A stretch of DNA of 39,014 nucleotides from positions 1 through 39,014 of the forward strand of contig CAYZZT010000003.1 in assembly GCA_964483025.1 (NCBI GenBank), written 5' to 3'. The notes under the pieces are model-generated. The model worked only from the letters and a program-made list of their open reading frames with translations, was not told the DNA's origin and ran no database searches. The position numbers and the translations under genes are program-made. Source of the DNA: an uncultured Candidatus Saccharibacteria bacterium. GTDB lineage: Bacteria > Patescibacteriota > Minisyncoccia > Phycocordibacterales > CAIZIN01. This document shows, one piece after another, positions 25,110 through 34,616 of this stretch (the first letter of the stretch is position 1; the number at the start of each line of letters is the position of its first letter).

Positions 25110-27416
25110 ATGGCAGAAAAGAAAAAAAAGAAGATTGAAAAATCACCAGTTGACATTACTCACATTCAAAAAAGAAGTGGAGCGGTTGTTCCATTTGAAT
25201 TTGATAAAATAGTAAATGCAATTAATAAGGCAATGATTGCATCTGCCGAGGGCTCACCAAAAGAAGCACAAATGGTGGCAGGAAAGGTGGAGGCGGAGCT
25301 TATACGCACAAAACGAAAACATAAAAATTTTATTCCCACAGTGGAGGGTATTCAAGATGATATAGAAAGAGAGCTTATTTTGAGTGAATATGTAAAAACG
25401 GCTAAAAACTTCATTATTTATAGAGAAGAAAGATCAAAACTTCGCGCAAAGGGCGTTCAAGTTCCTGAAAATGTTAAGCTTCTCGCGGCTGAAAGTAAAA
25501 AAGCTTTTAAAAACTCTTTAGGGGAATTTATTTACTATCGAACATATTCTCGTTGGATAGAAGAAGAGGGGCGTAGGGAGACTTGGACAGAAACAGTCGA
25601 GCGCTATATGAATTTTATGAAAGAAAAGCTTGGTGACAAACTTAAGGAAGTTGAATATAAAGAAGTGCGTGACGCAATTTTCTTCCATGAGGCAATGCCT
25701 TCAATGCGACTTCTACAATTTGCTGGGCCTGCAGCACGTCGTAATCATGCTTGTGCATACAATTGTTCTTTTTCTGCTCCACAATCATTTCAAGATTTTG
25801 CAGAAATAATGTTTCTTTCAATGTCTGGATGCGGAGTTGGTTTTTCTGCAGAAAGTTACAGTGCTCAGTCTTTGCCACAAATTAAACATCAAACAGGTAA
25901 AAAAGTTAAATATGTAATCGAAGATTCTCGTGAAGGATGGGCAGATTCATTTGCTTTTGGAATGAAAAATTTGTTTGAAGGTACTGATGTTGAATTTGAT
26001 TATTCCAAACTTCGTCCAGCAGGTGCTCGCCTAAAGACAACAGGAGGAAAAAGTTCTGGTCCTGATCCACTTCGACAAATTCACGATTTTACAAGAAATA
26101 AAATTTTATCTAAGCAAGGGGGACATCTTACAAACCTGGATGTTCACGATATTGTTTGCCAAATAGGTATGGGGGTAGTTTCTGGTGGAGTACGAAGAAC
26201 AGCTTTGATTTCAATTTCAGATCTTTATGATTCAGATATTCGTGATGCAAAGAAAGGCCAATTTTGGATGAGTGAGCCACAGAGGTCATTGGCAAATAAT
26301 TCTGCTGTATATTTAAACAAACCATCAAATGAAGAGTTTTTGAAGGAGTGGCTCGCTCTTGTGCAAAGCCGTTCTGGAGAGCGAGGTATTTTCAACCGAG
26401 GCGGTTTGAGGAAAACATTTCCAGAGAGCCGAGCTAAACTTTCTGCCGACTGGTGGGATAAATTTGGAACAAATCCTTGTGGAGAAATTATTCTTCGACC
26501 AAAACAATTTTGTAACCTTACAGAAGTGGTGGCGAGAAATGCTGATAAAGAAGCAGACCTTATGCGAAAGATTCGTGTGGCAACTATTATCGGTACATAT
26601 CAAGCATCATTTACAGACTTTGTTTATCTTTCAGAAGATTGGAAAAAGAATTGTGAAGAAGAAGCTTTGCTTGGTGTTTCAATTACGGGTATGTGGGATT
26701 GCCCCGTGGTGCGAAAGCCCGAGGTGCTTAGAAGACTTAGAGAAGAAACAGTAAAAGTAAATAAGGTTTATGCAAAAAGATTTGGTATTAATGCTTCCGC
26801 GGCTATTACAACAGTGAAGCCATCTGGGAATCTTTCACAGACTGTGGATTGTTCAAGTGGTATGCATGCAAGACATTCGCAATATTATATTCGCCGAGTT
26901 CGAATTTCTGCAACAGATGCACTTTTCAAAATGTTGAAAGATCAGGGCGTCCCTTATCATCCTGAGGTGGGTCAGACAGAGGCAGATGCAACAACTTATG
27001 TAATGGACTTTCCAGTTAAGGCACCAAAGAATTCTATTTTTAAAGATGATATGTCTGCGATGGAACAGCTCGAGTTTTGGAAAAATGTAAAAGAAAATTA
27101 TACACATCACAATCCATCTGTAACAATTTCAATAGGGGATGATGAGTGGATTGAAGTTGCAAACTGGCTTTATAAAAATTGGGATTTGATTGGTGGACTT
27201 TCATTCCTACCAAGAGACAACCATGTTTATCAGCTTGCTCCATATGAAGCGATTGATGAGAAGAGATACAATGAACTTTCAAAGAGATATGATCACATTG
27301 ATTTCTCAAAGATTGTTATTTATGAGAAGGTGGACACGACAGATGTTAAGAAAGAATTAGCTTGTGCAAGTGGAGTTTGTTCGATAGATGATATAGTTGT
27401 GGTAGAGAGCAAATAA
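25110..27416 (+). CDS. nrdJ: class II adenosylcobalamin-dependent ribonucleotide reductase with ATP cone
   Basis: KRSG ATP cone, RTYSR, PSMR, YNCSF, GTNPCGEI, FCNLTE, TTVKPSG, C-terminal CASGVC. Confidence 0.93.
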   Translation: MAEKKKKKIEKSPVDITHIQKRSGAVVPFEFDKIVNAINKAMIASAEGSPKEAQMVAGKVEAELIRTKRKHKNFIPTVEGIQDDIERELILSEYVKTAKNFIIYREERSKLRAKGVQVPENVKLLAAESKKAFKNSLGEFIYYRTYSRWIEEEGRRETWTETVERYMNFMKEKLGDKLKEVEYKEVRDAIFFHEAMPSMRLLQFAGPAARRNHACAYNCSFSAPQSFQDFAEIMFLSMSGCGVGFSAESYSAQSLPQIKHQTGKKVKYVIEDSREGWADSFAFGMKNLFEGTDVEFDYSKLRPAGARLKTTGGKSSGPDPLRQIHDFTRNKILSKQGGHLTNLDVHDIVCQIGMGVVSGGVRRTALISISDLYDSDIRDAKKGQFWMSEPQRSLANNSAVYLNKPSNEEFLKEWLALVQSRSGERGIFNRGGLRKTFPESRAKLSADWWDKFGTNPCGEIILRPKQFCNLTEVVARNADKEADLMRKIRVATIIGTYQASFTDFVYLSEDWKKNCEEEALLGVSITGMWDCPVVRKPEVLRRLREETVKVNKVYAKRFGINASAAITTVKPSGNLSQTVDCSSGMHARHSQYYIRRVRISATDALFKMLKDQGVPYHPEVGQTEADATTYVMDFPVKAPKNSIFKDDMSAMEQLEFWKNVKENYTHHNPSVTISIGDDEWIEVANWLYKNWDLIGGLSFLPRDNHVYQLAPYEAIDEKRYNELSKRYDHIDFSKIVIYEKVDTTDVKKELACASGVCSIDDIVVVESK

Positions 27417-27487
27417 GAGGTCGTTCGTTAATACTTTTCCCGACCGCTCCGCCAGACAGCCCTGGCTCGCTTCGGTTTCGCCGAAAA

Positions 27488-27538
27488 CTTTTATAGAAAA
27501 AATCGCAATGAAATACATTGCGATTTTTTCTATAAAAG
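27488..27538. repeat. 23-bp perfect stem-loop
   Basis: CTTTTATAGAAAAAATCGCAATG-AAATA-CATTGCGATTTTTTCTATAAAAG. Confidence 0.85.
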
Positions 27539-27813
27539 ACCATGCTTTTCGGCTGCAAATTCCTTACAGGAACTGTACACCTTTTGGATTAAATTTTCAT
27601 AAACTCAATTTAATCTCAAAAGGTCTTTCGATTGAATCCCCATTCAATCTCAACTCGGTAAAAGTACAAACTCACTCTGGTTTGCATTCAAGAATACGAA
27701 ATGCAATTCGGGAATCTTCCGCATTTTCTGTCATTCCCGTGAAGACGGGAATCCAGTCTGGAGAATGCTGAAGAATGCTTTCTTGGCCCACATTTATGTG
27801 GTATGATATCTAC

Positions 27814-28044
27814 ATGAAAAAGATTATCCAATTCAATGTCGAGAAGGGAGAAAAGTACTATGTGGCCCATAGTGCAGATATTCCTGTTGTTACTCAAGCC
27901 TTAACTTTGGATGAATTAACTACTAATATAAAGGAAGCTACAGAATTGTATTTTGAGGGTGAAGAAACTTCCACCACTTTTGCTCCTGTTCGCTCTCTAT
28001 TATTAAACTTTGAGATTCCAGAGAATAACTATGCCAAAGCTTAA
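27814..28044 (+). CDS. hicB: HicB-family antitoxin (short form)
   Basis: YVA....PVVTQALTLDEL..NIKEA.ELYFE; ATG 27814; overlaps hicA. Confidence 0.8.
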   Translation: MKKIIQFNVEKGEKYYVAHSADIPVVTQALTLDELTTNIKEATELYFEGEETSTTFAPVRSLLLNFEIPENNYAKA

Positions 28045-28270
28045 GGTTTTATCTGGCTCGGATGTAATTAAAATTTTCTCAAGTTTTGGTTTTGCTATAT
28101 TTTCTCAAAAAGGAAGTCATATTAAATTACGTAGGGAACTAGGTGGGGCAAAACAAACTCTTGTTATTCCAAATCATAAAGAAATTGATAAAGGAACCTT
28201 GAATGAAATAATAAAACAGTCATCAAAATATATTTCATCCGAAGATTTACAAAAAGAATTCTATCAATAA
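28031..28270 (+). CDS. hicA: HicA-family toxin
   Basis: MPKL..LSG.DVIK....GF.....KGSH, VIPNHKEIDKGTL..I. Confidence 0.9.
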   Translation: MPKLKVLSGSDVIKIFSSFGFAIFSQKGSHIKLRRELGGAKQTLVIPNHKEIDKGTLNEIIKQSSKYISSEDLQKEFYQ

Positions 28271-28412
28271 AAAAGCCCCCGATGGAGACGAACTCCATAA
28301 GGGTCTTTTTCGTAGGAATAACTATATACTACTATATATGACCACAAAGTGTCAAGGCGGGCTGTGGGCTGAATAGTGGACTTTTTTGGTGATTTGTGCT
28401 ATAATTAAGGGT

Positions 28413-29072
28413 AGCCATGTTAGACAATCGCTCTGCGAAAGCAGGGAGGAAAGTCCGAACACGATGTCAGTGCAAAGCACTGACCGCGGAACGTCGCAGA
28501 CTAGACGCGGACTAACGCAGACTTTTGAATTCAGAATTAATTTTGAATTCTAGTCAGCGTGGTCTGCGTACAGTCGGCGTGAGTCTGCGGTTAATGCTTT
28601 GCATTAACAAAAGGTAGCGGGTAATCCCCGTCGCGTCCACAGAATGAGTGGCGAGAGGTGCGAGCAGTGACGCCCGAGCTGAAAAGCAGAGGCTTCCTTC
28701 GGGAAGAATTTTATGGAAACATAAAAGTGAAACGGCTAAATCCTTACCAGCGTGCAAGGCCGTGACCGATGCGAAGCATCGGAAATTCGAATATCGAATA
28801 TCGAAATTCGAAACAAATTGAAAAATCAAAAGAATTAAATTTTAAACAAATTCAGGACTTGGATCTCCGTGATTACACGAAGATGACAGAAATGGGATTG
28901 TTTTGAATTTAGAATTTTGAATTTAGATATTGTTTCGTGCTTCGGATTTTGAATTTCGTGCTTCCGCTGCTTCGCAGCGGTAGTGCCGCTCGAGGGTGGT
29001 AGTAATATCACTCCCAGATAAATGATTGTCTCCATTTTACGATGGAACAGAATTCGGCTTATCAACATGGTT
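28413..29072 (+). ncRNA. rnpB: RNase P RNA (~660 nt, with two large hairpin insertions)
   Basis: GAGGAAAGTCC at 28446, GTGAAACGG, AGATAAATGATTGTC pairing with GACAATCG, ACAGAATTCGGCTTA at 29047, P1 AGCCATGTT/AACATGGTT; TGCTATAAT upstream. Confidence 0.93.
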
Positions 29073-29085
29073 CATTCATATGACA

Positions 29086-29115
29086 ACAGCCCACACAATT
29101 TATTGTGTGGGCTGT
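29086..29115 (+). terminator. hairpin downstream of rnpB
   Basis: 14-bp stem ACAGCCCACACAAT/ATTGTGTGGGCTGT; no clear U tract. Confidence 0.5.
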
Positions 29116-29161
29116 GTCGCATATAAAATAATATTTCTATGAAAATAAAAAATTAAGTAAG

Positions 29162-29207
29162 ACAAACAACTACAAACTCTGCTATAGCAGAGTTTGTAGT
29201 TGTTTGT
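29162..29207. repeat. perfect 46-bp palindrome with no loop
   Basis: ACAAACAACTACAAACTCTGCTA|TAGCAGAGTTTGTAGTTGTTTGT. Confidence 0.95.
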
Positions 29208-29309
29208 AAATTTCTGAAAGTTTTTCTAAGTGGAGACCTTAGAAAAACTGTTTTGACAATCATTTTTTTGAGAGTATTATTAAAAAAAAGTTCAAACACA
29301 GGAGGTAAA

Positions 29310-29516
29310 ATGTCAAAAATACTAAATAGAAGTTTAAGTCGTGAGGAAAGAATCGCTCAAATTGTTAGGAAAAGACCAGGAAGACTCGAGAAAAGAGTTA
29401 CAATTGTCCCGTGGGAGGATTTTGATGCGGATTGTCTCCCGGCGTCTTTCAAAAATGATATTCTGATAGCCATCCTAAAATTTAGATCTTGCCAAACCTT
29501 TTTACTCGATTGGTAA
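29310..29516 (+). CDS. small hypothetical protein (68 aa)
   Basis: AGGAGGT SD close to the ATG, TTGACA-16-TATTAT promoter at 29253-29280, downstream hairpin with T run. Confidence 0.55.
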   Translation: MSKILNRSLSREERIAQIVRKRPGRLEKRVTIVPWEDFDADCLPASFKNDILIAILKFRSCQTFLLDW

Positions 29517-29638
29517 AGCTTCATAATCCATAACTTGCTTAGCGGTCGTGGATTTTTTTGACTATATATCTCAAATATTTGTATAACTTTATCCTTGTTA
29601 TGTGTTATATGTTATGTGTTATATAATGAGTTCGTTCT

Positions 29639-31318
29639 ATGATGCAAAAGATTTTTTCATATTTAAATAAAGAAATAAAAGGTCTTCACGAGGCAGCATA
29701 TTTCCTTGGAATATTTACTTTGCTTTCGCAGGTTCTTGGGCTTGTTCGTGATAAACTTTTGGCACACTATTTTGGAGCGTCTGTCATGCTTGATGTGTAT
29801 TATGCATCTTTTCGAATTCCAGATTTAATTTTTGTGACAGTTTCTTCTCTTGTCGCTGTTTCTGTCCTTATTCCATTTTTGATACGAGAAGAGAAAAAGG
29901 GCAGGGAAGAAATGCAGAAATTCATAAGTAGTATTTTTACAATTTTCTTTGTAACAATTCTTTTTGTAATTGCTTTTTTTGCTCTTTTCGCACCTTTCTT
30001 TTTGAAGCTTCTTGTACCGGGAATATTTAACGGAGAACATCAATCTATCTTAATTTTAATGACTCGAATTCTTTTGCTTTCTCCACTTCTTCTTGGAGTT
30101 TCAAATTTGCTCTCAAGTATTAATCAAGCAAGAAAAATTTTTATTGTAAGTGCTATTTCTCCACTTTTATATAATTTTGCAATTATTTTAGGAGTAATAT
30201 TTTTATATCCACTTTATGGGCTTACGGGTTTGGTCATCGGAGTAGTTTTTGGGTCACTTTTACATGTGGCAGTACAAATCCCTTCACTTGCCACTTGTGG
30301 AGTAAAGCTTTCATTTATTAAAAAAGTAGATTGGAAATATGTGAAAGAGGTTGTGAAGCTTTCAATTCCTCGCACATTTACTTTAGCTGCAAATCAGCTT
30401 TCAATGACAGCAATGTTTTGGCTCGCCTCATTTATGGCAGTGGGGTCTATCTCAATTTTAACTCTTTCATTTAATTTACAATCAGTACCTCTTGCAATTA
30501 TCGGTGTGAGCTATTCTCTTGCTGCTTTTCCTGTTTTGACTCGGCTACATTCGGAAGGGAAGCGCAATGAATTTATAAGTCATATAATTACAGCAGGAAG
30601 GCATATTATTTTTTGGTCAATTCCTATTACAGTTTTATTTGTTGTTTTGCGTGCACAAATTGTGAGAGTAATTTTTGGATCGGGAAATTTTAATTGGGAT
30701 AATACAAGACTCACAGCCGCGTCTCTTGCTCTCTTTGCACTTTCTGTTACAGCCCAATCCCTTGTACTTCTTTTTGTACGAGGTTTTTATTCTGCTGGTA
30801 TGACAAAAAAACCACTTTTGATAAATACAGTTTCTTCGGTACTCGCAGTGGTGTTTGCAATGCTGGGTTTTTATCTTTTCAACACATTTCAATTAGTAAA
30901 GGATTTCTTTGAAATACTTTTACGTGTTTCAGATATAAAAGGAACATCAGTACTTGTTCTTCCTCTTGGTTTTACTCTTGCTTCATTCATAAATGTGGTA
31001 TGGCTCTGGAGACTTTTTGAAAAAGATTTTTGGGGATTTGGAAAAATTTTAAAACAAACTTTCTTTCAAAGCTTTGGGGCATCCGTTGTGATGGGGTATG
31101 CGGTGTATTTGAGTTTAAATATTTTTAGCACTGTTTTTGATCAGACAAAGCTTTGGGGAATATTCCTCCAGGGATTCTTTGCAGGAATAATTGGAATATT
31201 TGTAGCGGTTATAATTTTGTATGCTTTGAAAAATGAAGAGGTTAAAGAAATTGGTAAAACTTTGTCAGGAAAGATTTGGAAGGCAAAGATGGTGGTGCCG
31301 GAACAAACGGAGCTTTAG
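29639..31318 (+). CDS. murJ: lipid II flippase MurJ (MviN)
   Basis: SQVLGLVRD...A.YFG, ASFRIPDL, SPLLYN, AAFP.L, RGFYS; many TM. Confidence 0.93.
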   Translation: MMQKIFSYLNKEIKGLHEAAYFLGIFTLLSQVLGLVRDKLLAHYFGASVMLDVYYASFRIPDLIFVTVSSLVAVSVLIPFLIREEKKGREEMQKFISSIFTIFFVTILFVIAFFALFAPFFLKLLVPGIFNGEHQSILILMTRILLLSPLLLGVSNLLSSINQARKIFIVSAISPLLYNFAIILGVIFLYPLYGLTGLVIGVVFGSLLHVAVQIPSLATCGVKLSFIKKVDWKYVKEVVKLSIPRTFTLAANQLSMTAMFWLASFMAVGSISILTLSFNLQSVPLAIIGVSYSLAAFPVLTRLHSEGKRNEFISHIITAGRHIIFWSIPITVLFVVLRAQIVRVIFGSGNFNWDNTRLTAASLALFALSVTAQSLVLLFVRGFYSAGMTKKPLLINTVSSVLAVVFAMLGFYLFNTFQLVKDFFEILLRVSDIKGTSVLVLPLGFTLASFINVVWLWRLFEKDFWGFGKILKQTFFQSFGASVVMGYAVYLSLNIFSTVFDQTKLWGIFLQGFFAGIIGIFVAVIILYALKNEEVKEIGKTLSGKIWKAKMVVPEQTEL

Positions 31319-31468
31319 GGTTTAAAAGTTACAAGTTATCAAGTTTGTAAAGTTGGAGGGTTTTGCCAAAGGCAAAACCCTCCTGTTTTCCTATTTTACT
31401 TTATAAACTTTATGAACTTTATAACTTTATGAACTCGCACTTTTGTGTTATAGTACGGCAACAATTAA

Positions 31469-33805
31469 ATGAACAACATTCGAAACTTTAGCATTATTGC
31501 GCATATTGACCATGGGAAAAGCACCCTTGCAGATCGTATGCTTGAAATCACTCACACTGTCGAGGCACGAAAAATGCACGACAGGGTTCTTGATGATATG
31601 GAGCTAGAAAAGGAGCGTGGCATTACAATCAAAATGCGCCCCGTTCGGATGGTGTACCATCCGCGCAGACTTACGCAGACTATGGCGCAGACTACGCAGA
31701 CTGAAATACAGGATGCGCAGACTACGCAGACTGGAATTCAAGAAGAAAAAGATGATGAATTTTTGTATAAAGATTTATCATATATGATTAGAGGTGCGGT
31801 TTTTGCAGTGAAGAAAGAGCTTGGGTTAGGACATAAGGAAAGTGTTTATCATAAAGCTCTTGAGTTGGAATTTAAAAAAGTCGGTATTAATTTTGAAAGT
31901 GAGAAAATTGTATGTGTTGAATATGATGGTGAAAAAGTTGGCGCATATATTCCAGATTTTGTAATTGAGGGTAAAATATTAATTGAACTCAAAGCTTTGC
32001 CTGAAATAGGAAGACCGCAAGAAGAACAAGTATGGAGTTATCTAAAGGGTTCAACTTATAAATTGGCAATGTTGGTAAACTTTGGCAGTACGGATGTAAC
32101 TTTCAAACGACTTGTATTTGATTCTGCACGAGAAAAGTCTGCGTCTAGTCAATCTGAATCTGCATTTCAGTCTGCGTCGTCTGCGTCCAGTCTGCGTAAG
32201 TCTGCGCAGATTGAGGGTGAGTACATCCTCAATCTGATTGATACCCCGGGGCATATTGATTTCTACTACGAAGTATCGCGTGCCCTAAAGGCCGTGGAAG
32301 GCTCTATTTTGCTCGTGGATGCCACTCAGGGGGTGCAGGCGCAAACACTCACCACCCTTTCTATGGCTCGTGAATCTGGGCTTGTAATCATCCCAGTTCT
32401 TACAAAAATAGACTCTTCACTTTCTCGGGTAGACGAAATTAAGCATGAAATGATCAAACTTCTTGATTGTGAGGAAGAAGACATTATTTGTGTTTCTGGA
32501 AGAACGGGCGAAGGGGTTGATCTACTTTTGCAAGAGGTTATTCGCAGAGTTCCACCGCCAAAAACAAAGGATGTTGGGCCTAAAGATGTGCGTGCTTTGA
32601 TTTTCGATTTCCAATATTCCACTCACACAGGTGTGATTGTTTTTGTGCGAATGTTTGATGGAAAAATAAAAAAAGGTGATCAGCTTTTATTTAAAATTGC
32701 GAATGAAAAATTTACTGCACTTGAAGTAGGGACATTTAATCCACAAGAAACACCAAAAGATGAATTAGTGGCGGGGGAGATTGGCTACATTGTAACTGGA
32801 ATAAAAAGACCCGGTATTGCATCTGTTGGTGATACCATAACATCCACTTCGCATCCACTTTCCGCACTTCATGGATATATGACACCAAAGCCGGTTGTGT
32901 GGGCTTCTGTATATCCAGAAAGCCAGAACGATTTTAATGGGCTTCGCCAAGCTCTTGAACGTTTGAGACTTTCTGATTCTTCATATGCCTTCGAAGAAGA
33001 ATCTTCTGGTACACTTGGACGTGGTTTTCGTTGTGGTTTTCTTGGTATGCTTCATTTGGAAATTATTACAGAAAGATTGCGAAGAGAATTTAATTTAAAT
33101 TTAATTGTAACAACTCCAAGTATTACTTATATTGTTACAAACAGACAAGGTAAAAAAGAAACAATTTATTCTCCTTCAAAATTTCCTGAATATGGTGAAG
33201 TGACAGATGTGGAAGAGCCGTGGGTGCATATGACCATAATCACTCCACCTACATATATTTCCGCTATTATGCAATCTCTTTTTGAACACGAAGCGGAAAT
33301 TGGAGATTCAGAAAACTTTGGAGATGATAGAACTTCAATATCTCTTATGATGCCTTTGCGTGAGCTTATGCGAAACTTTTTTGATGAATTAAAAAGTGTG
33401 ACTTCTGGCTACGCTTCGCTTTCATATGAAATTGGAGAATTTAGAAAAGCGGATGTTTGCAGAATGGATATTTTAATAAACGGAGAACCAATGGTGGCTT
33501 TTACAAAAATAGTTTCAAAAAGAAGAGTGGAAGAAGATGCTAAAAAAGCTGCAGAGAAATTACAAAAGGTGATGCCCCAGCAAATGATTATTGTGAAAAT
33601 TCAGGTGAAAGCTTTGGGTAGAATTATTGCATCAGAAACTCTTTCAGCTTTGCGAAAAGATGTGACTCAACATATGTATGGAGGAGATATTACTCGAAAG
33701 ATGAAGCTTCGTGAAAAACAAAAGAAAGGAAAGAAAAAAATGCAGGCAATGGGAAGTGTGAATATTACGCATGAGGTTTTTCTCAAAATGATGAAATCGG
33801 ACTAG
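31469..33805 (+). CDS. lepA: elongation factor 4 with an in-frame ~180-aa insertion
   Basis: IRNFSIIAHIDHGKSTLADR, ERGITIK, LIDTPGH, GFRCGFLGMLH, RKDVT..MYGGDITRK.KL. Confidence 0.97.
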   Translation: MNNIRNFSIIAHIDHGKSTLADRMLEITHTVEARKMHDRVLDDMELEKERGITIKMRPVRMVYHPRRLTQTMAQTTQTEIQDAQTTQTGIQEEKDDEFLYKDLSYMIRGAVFAVKKELGLGHKESVYHKALELEFKKVGINFESEKIVCVEYDGEKVGAYIPDFVIEGKILIELKALPEIGRPQEEQVWSYLKGSTYKLAMLVNFGSTDVTFKRLVFDSAREKSASSQSESAFQSASSASSLRKSAQIEGEYILNLIDTPGHIDFYYEVSRALKAVEGSILLVDATQGVQAQTLTTLSMARESGLVIIPVLTKIDSSLSRVDEIKHEMIKLLDCEEEDIICVSGRTGEGVDLLLQEVIRRVPPPKTKDVGPKDVRALIFDFQYSTHTGVIVFVRMFDGKIKKGDQLLFKIANEKFTALEVGTFNPQETPKDELVAGEIGYIVTGIKRPGIASVGDTITSTSHPLSALHGYMTPKPVVWASVYPESQNDFNGLRQALERLRLSDSSYAFEEESSGTLGRGFRCGFLGMLHLEIITERLRREFNLNLIVTTPSITYIVTNRQGKKETIYSPSKFPEYGEVTDVEEPWVHMTIITPPTYISAIMQSLFEHEAEIGDSENFGDDRTSISLMMPLRELMRNFFDELKSVTSGYASLSYEIGEFRKADVCRMDILINGEPMVAFTKIVSKRRVEEDAKKAAEKLQKVMPQQMIIVKIQVKALGRIIASETLSALRKDVTQHMYGGDITRKMKLREKQKKGKKKMQAMGSVNITHEVFLKMMKSD
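31663..32207 (+). mobile_element. GxxExxY (PD-(D/E)xK nuclease) element with terminal inverted repeats, inside lepA
   Basis: GHKESVY, PDFVIEGKILIELKA, LVNFG; perfect 19-bp IR GCGCAGACTTACGCAGACT (31663) / AGTCTGCGTAAGTCTGCGC (32189-32207). Confidence 0.9.
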
Positions 33806-34081
33806 CTTTTAGGCTCTAGGCTCTAGCTATGTTTTAGTTTGTCATTCCGGCACCTGTATCCACGAGCATGAACTCCGGCGGAATCCAGTCTGAAAATTCA
33901 ATTTGATACAAGACCTAAACTTCAGTAATGTTCAAATTCAAAACCCTCCTGAATTTTGGCTTTGCCAAAATTCAGGAGGGTTTCTGTATTCACTTTATAA
34001 CTTTACATTTTCTAATTTTTTACCCCCTAAAACTTTTGAGTACAAAAGTTCGGGCGAACAATTGAGTACAATTGTTTTAGC

Positions 34082-34192
34082 CTACCTCCACAAAATTGGG
34101 AAATATAGAAGTACCATACTTAAAATAATAAGTATTCCCACTACTGTAAAAACTCGCTTTATTAATTTTTGGTTTTGTTTTTTGAATATCAT
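34082..34192 (-). CDS. 36-aa single-TM membrane peptide (below the ORF-track cutoff)
   Basis: MIFKKQNQKLIKRVFTVVGILIILSMVLLYFPILWR-stop; basic N-terminus plus one TM. Confidence 0.6.
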   Translation of the reverse strand: MIFKKQNQKLIKRVFTVVGILIILSMVLLYFPILWR

Positions 34193-34238
34193 AATGCATC
34201 CACTATACCATAAAATAGAGTTGTGTATAATAGAGTAT

Positions 34239-34616
34239 ATGGAATTTACTGACAAGCAAAAAATTCGTCGATTTTGTTATTCAAAATTTACTATTGGAAT
34301 TTTGATATTGATTCTAATTATGATGATTCCGGGTGTTTACGGTATTTATACAAAAGTTACTGAAAGTTCCAAGGACAGGAAAGCAGCAGAGAGGGAGCTT
34401 GTGGATTTGCAGACTCGCGAAAAAATGCTTTTAGAAAAACTTGAAATAGGAAATTCAGAAAGGGGGCAAGAAGAACAAATTCGTGAGAAGTTTAATGTTG
34501 CAAAAGAAGGGGAATCGGTTATTATTTTAGTCGAAAAGCCTGTTCCAGCCTCGACTACTGTGAATGAGGCAAATGTATTTAAGGCGATGTGGGATAAGAT
34601 AAAGGGGGCGTTTTAG
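34239..34616 (+). CDS. FtsB/DivIC-like septum formation initiator
   Basis: TM, coiled coil, EEQIREKFNVAKEGE; TGTATAAT just upstream of ATG 34239. Confidence 0.8.
   Translation: MEFTDKQKIRRFCYSKFTIGILILILIMMIPGVYGIYTKVTESSKDRKAAERELVDLQTREKMLLEKLEIGNSERGQEEQIREKFNVAKEGESVIILVEKPVPASTTVNEANVFKAMWDKIKGAF

Noticed and set aside
28554-29068. Minus-strand ORFs of 91 and 77 aa
   Set aside because: Antisense to rnpB and made of repeat sequence
31663-32207. Intein in LepA
   Set aside because: No N-terminal Cys/Ser block and no His-Asn followed by Cys/Ser/Thr; the insert is a GxxExxY nuclease with DNA inverted repeats
33903-34238. N-terminal 112 aa of the 237-aa ORF
   Set aside because: Runs through hairpin repeats and antisense to a small TM ORF; the FtsB-like sequence and a -10 box point to ATG 34239
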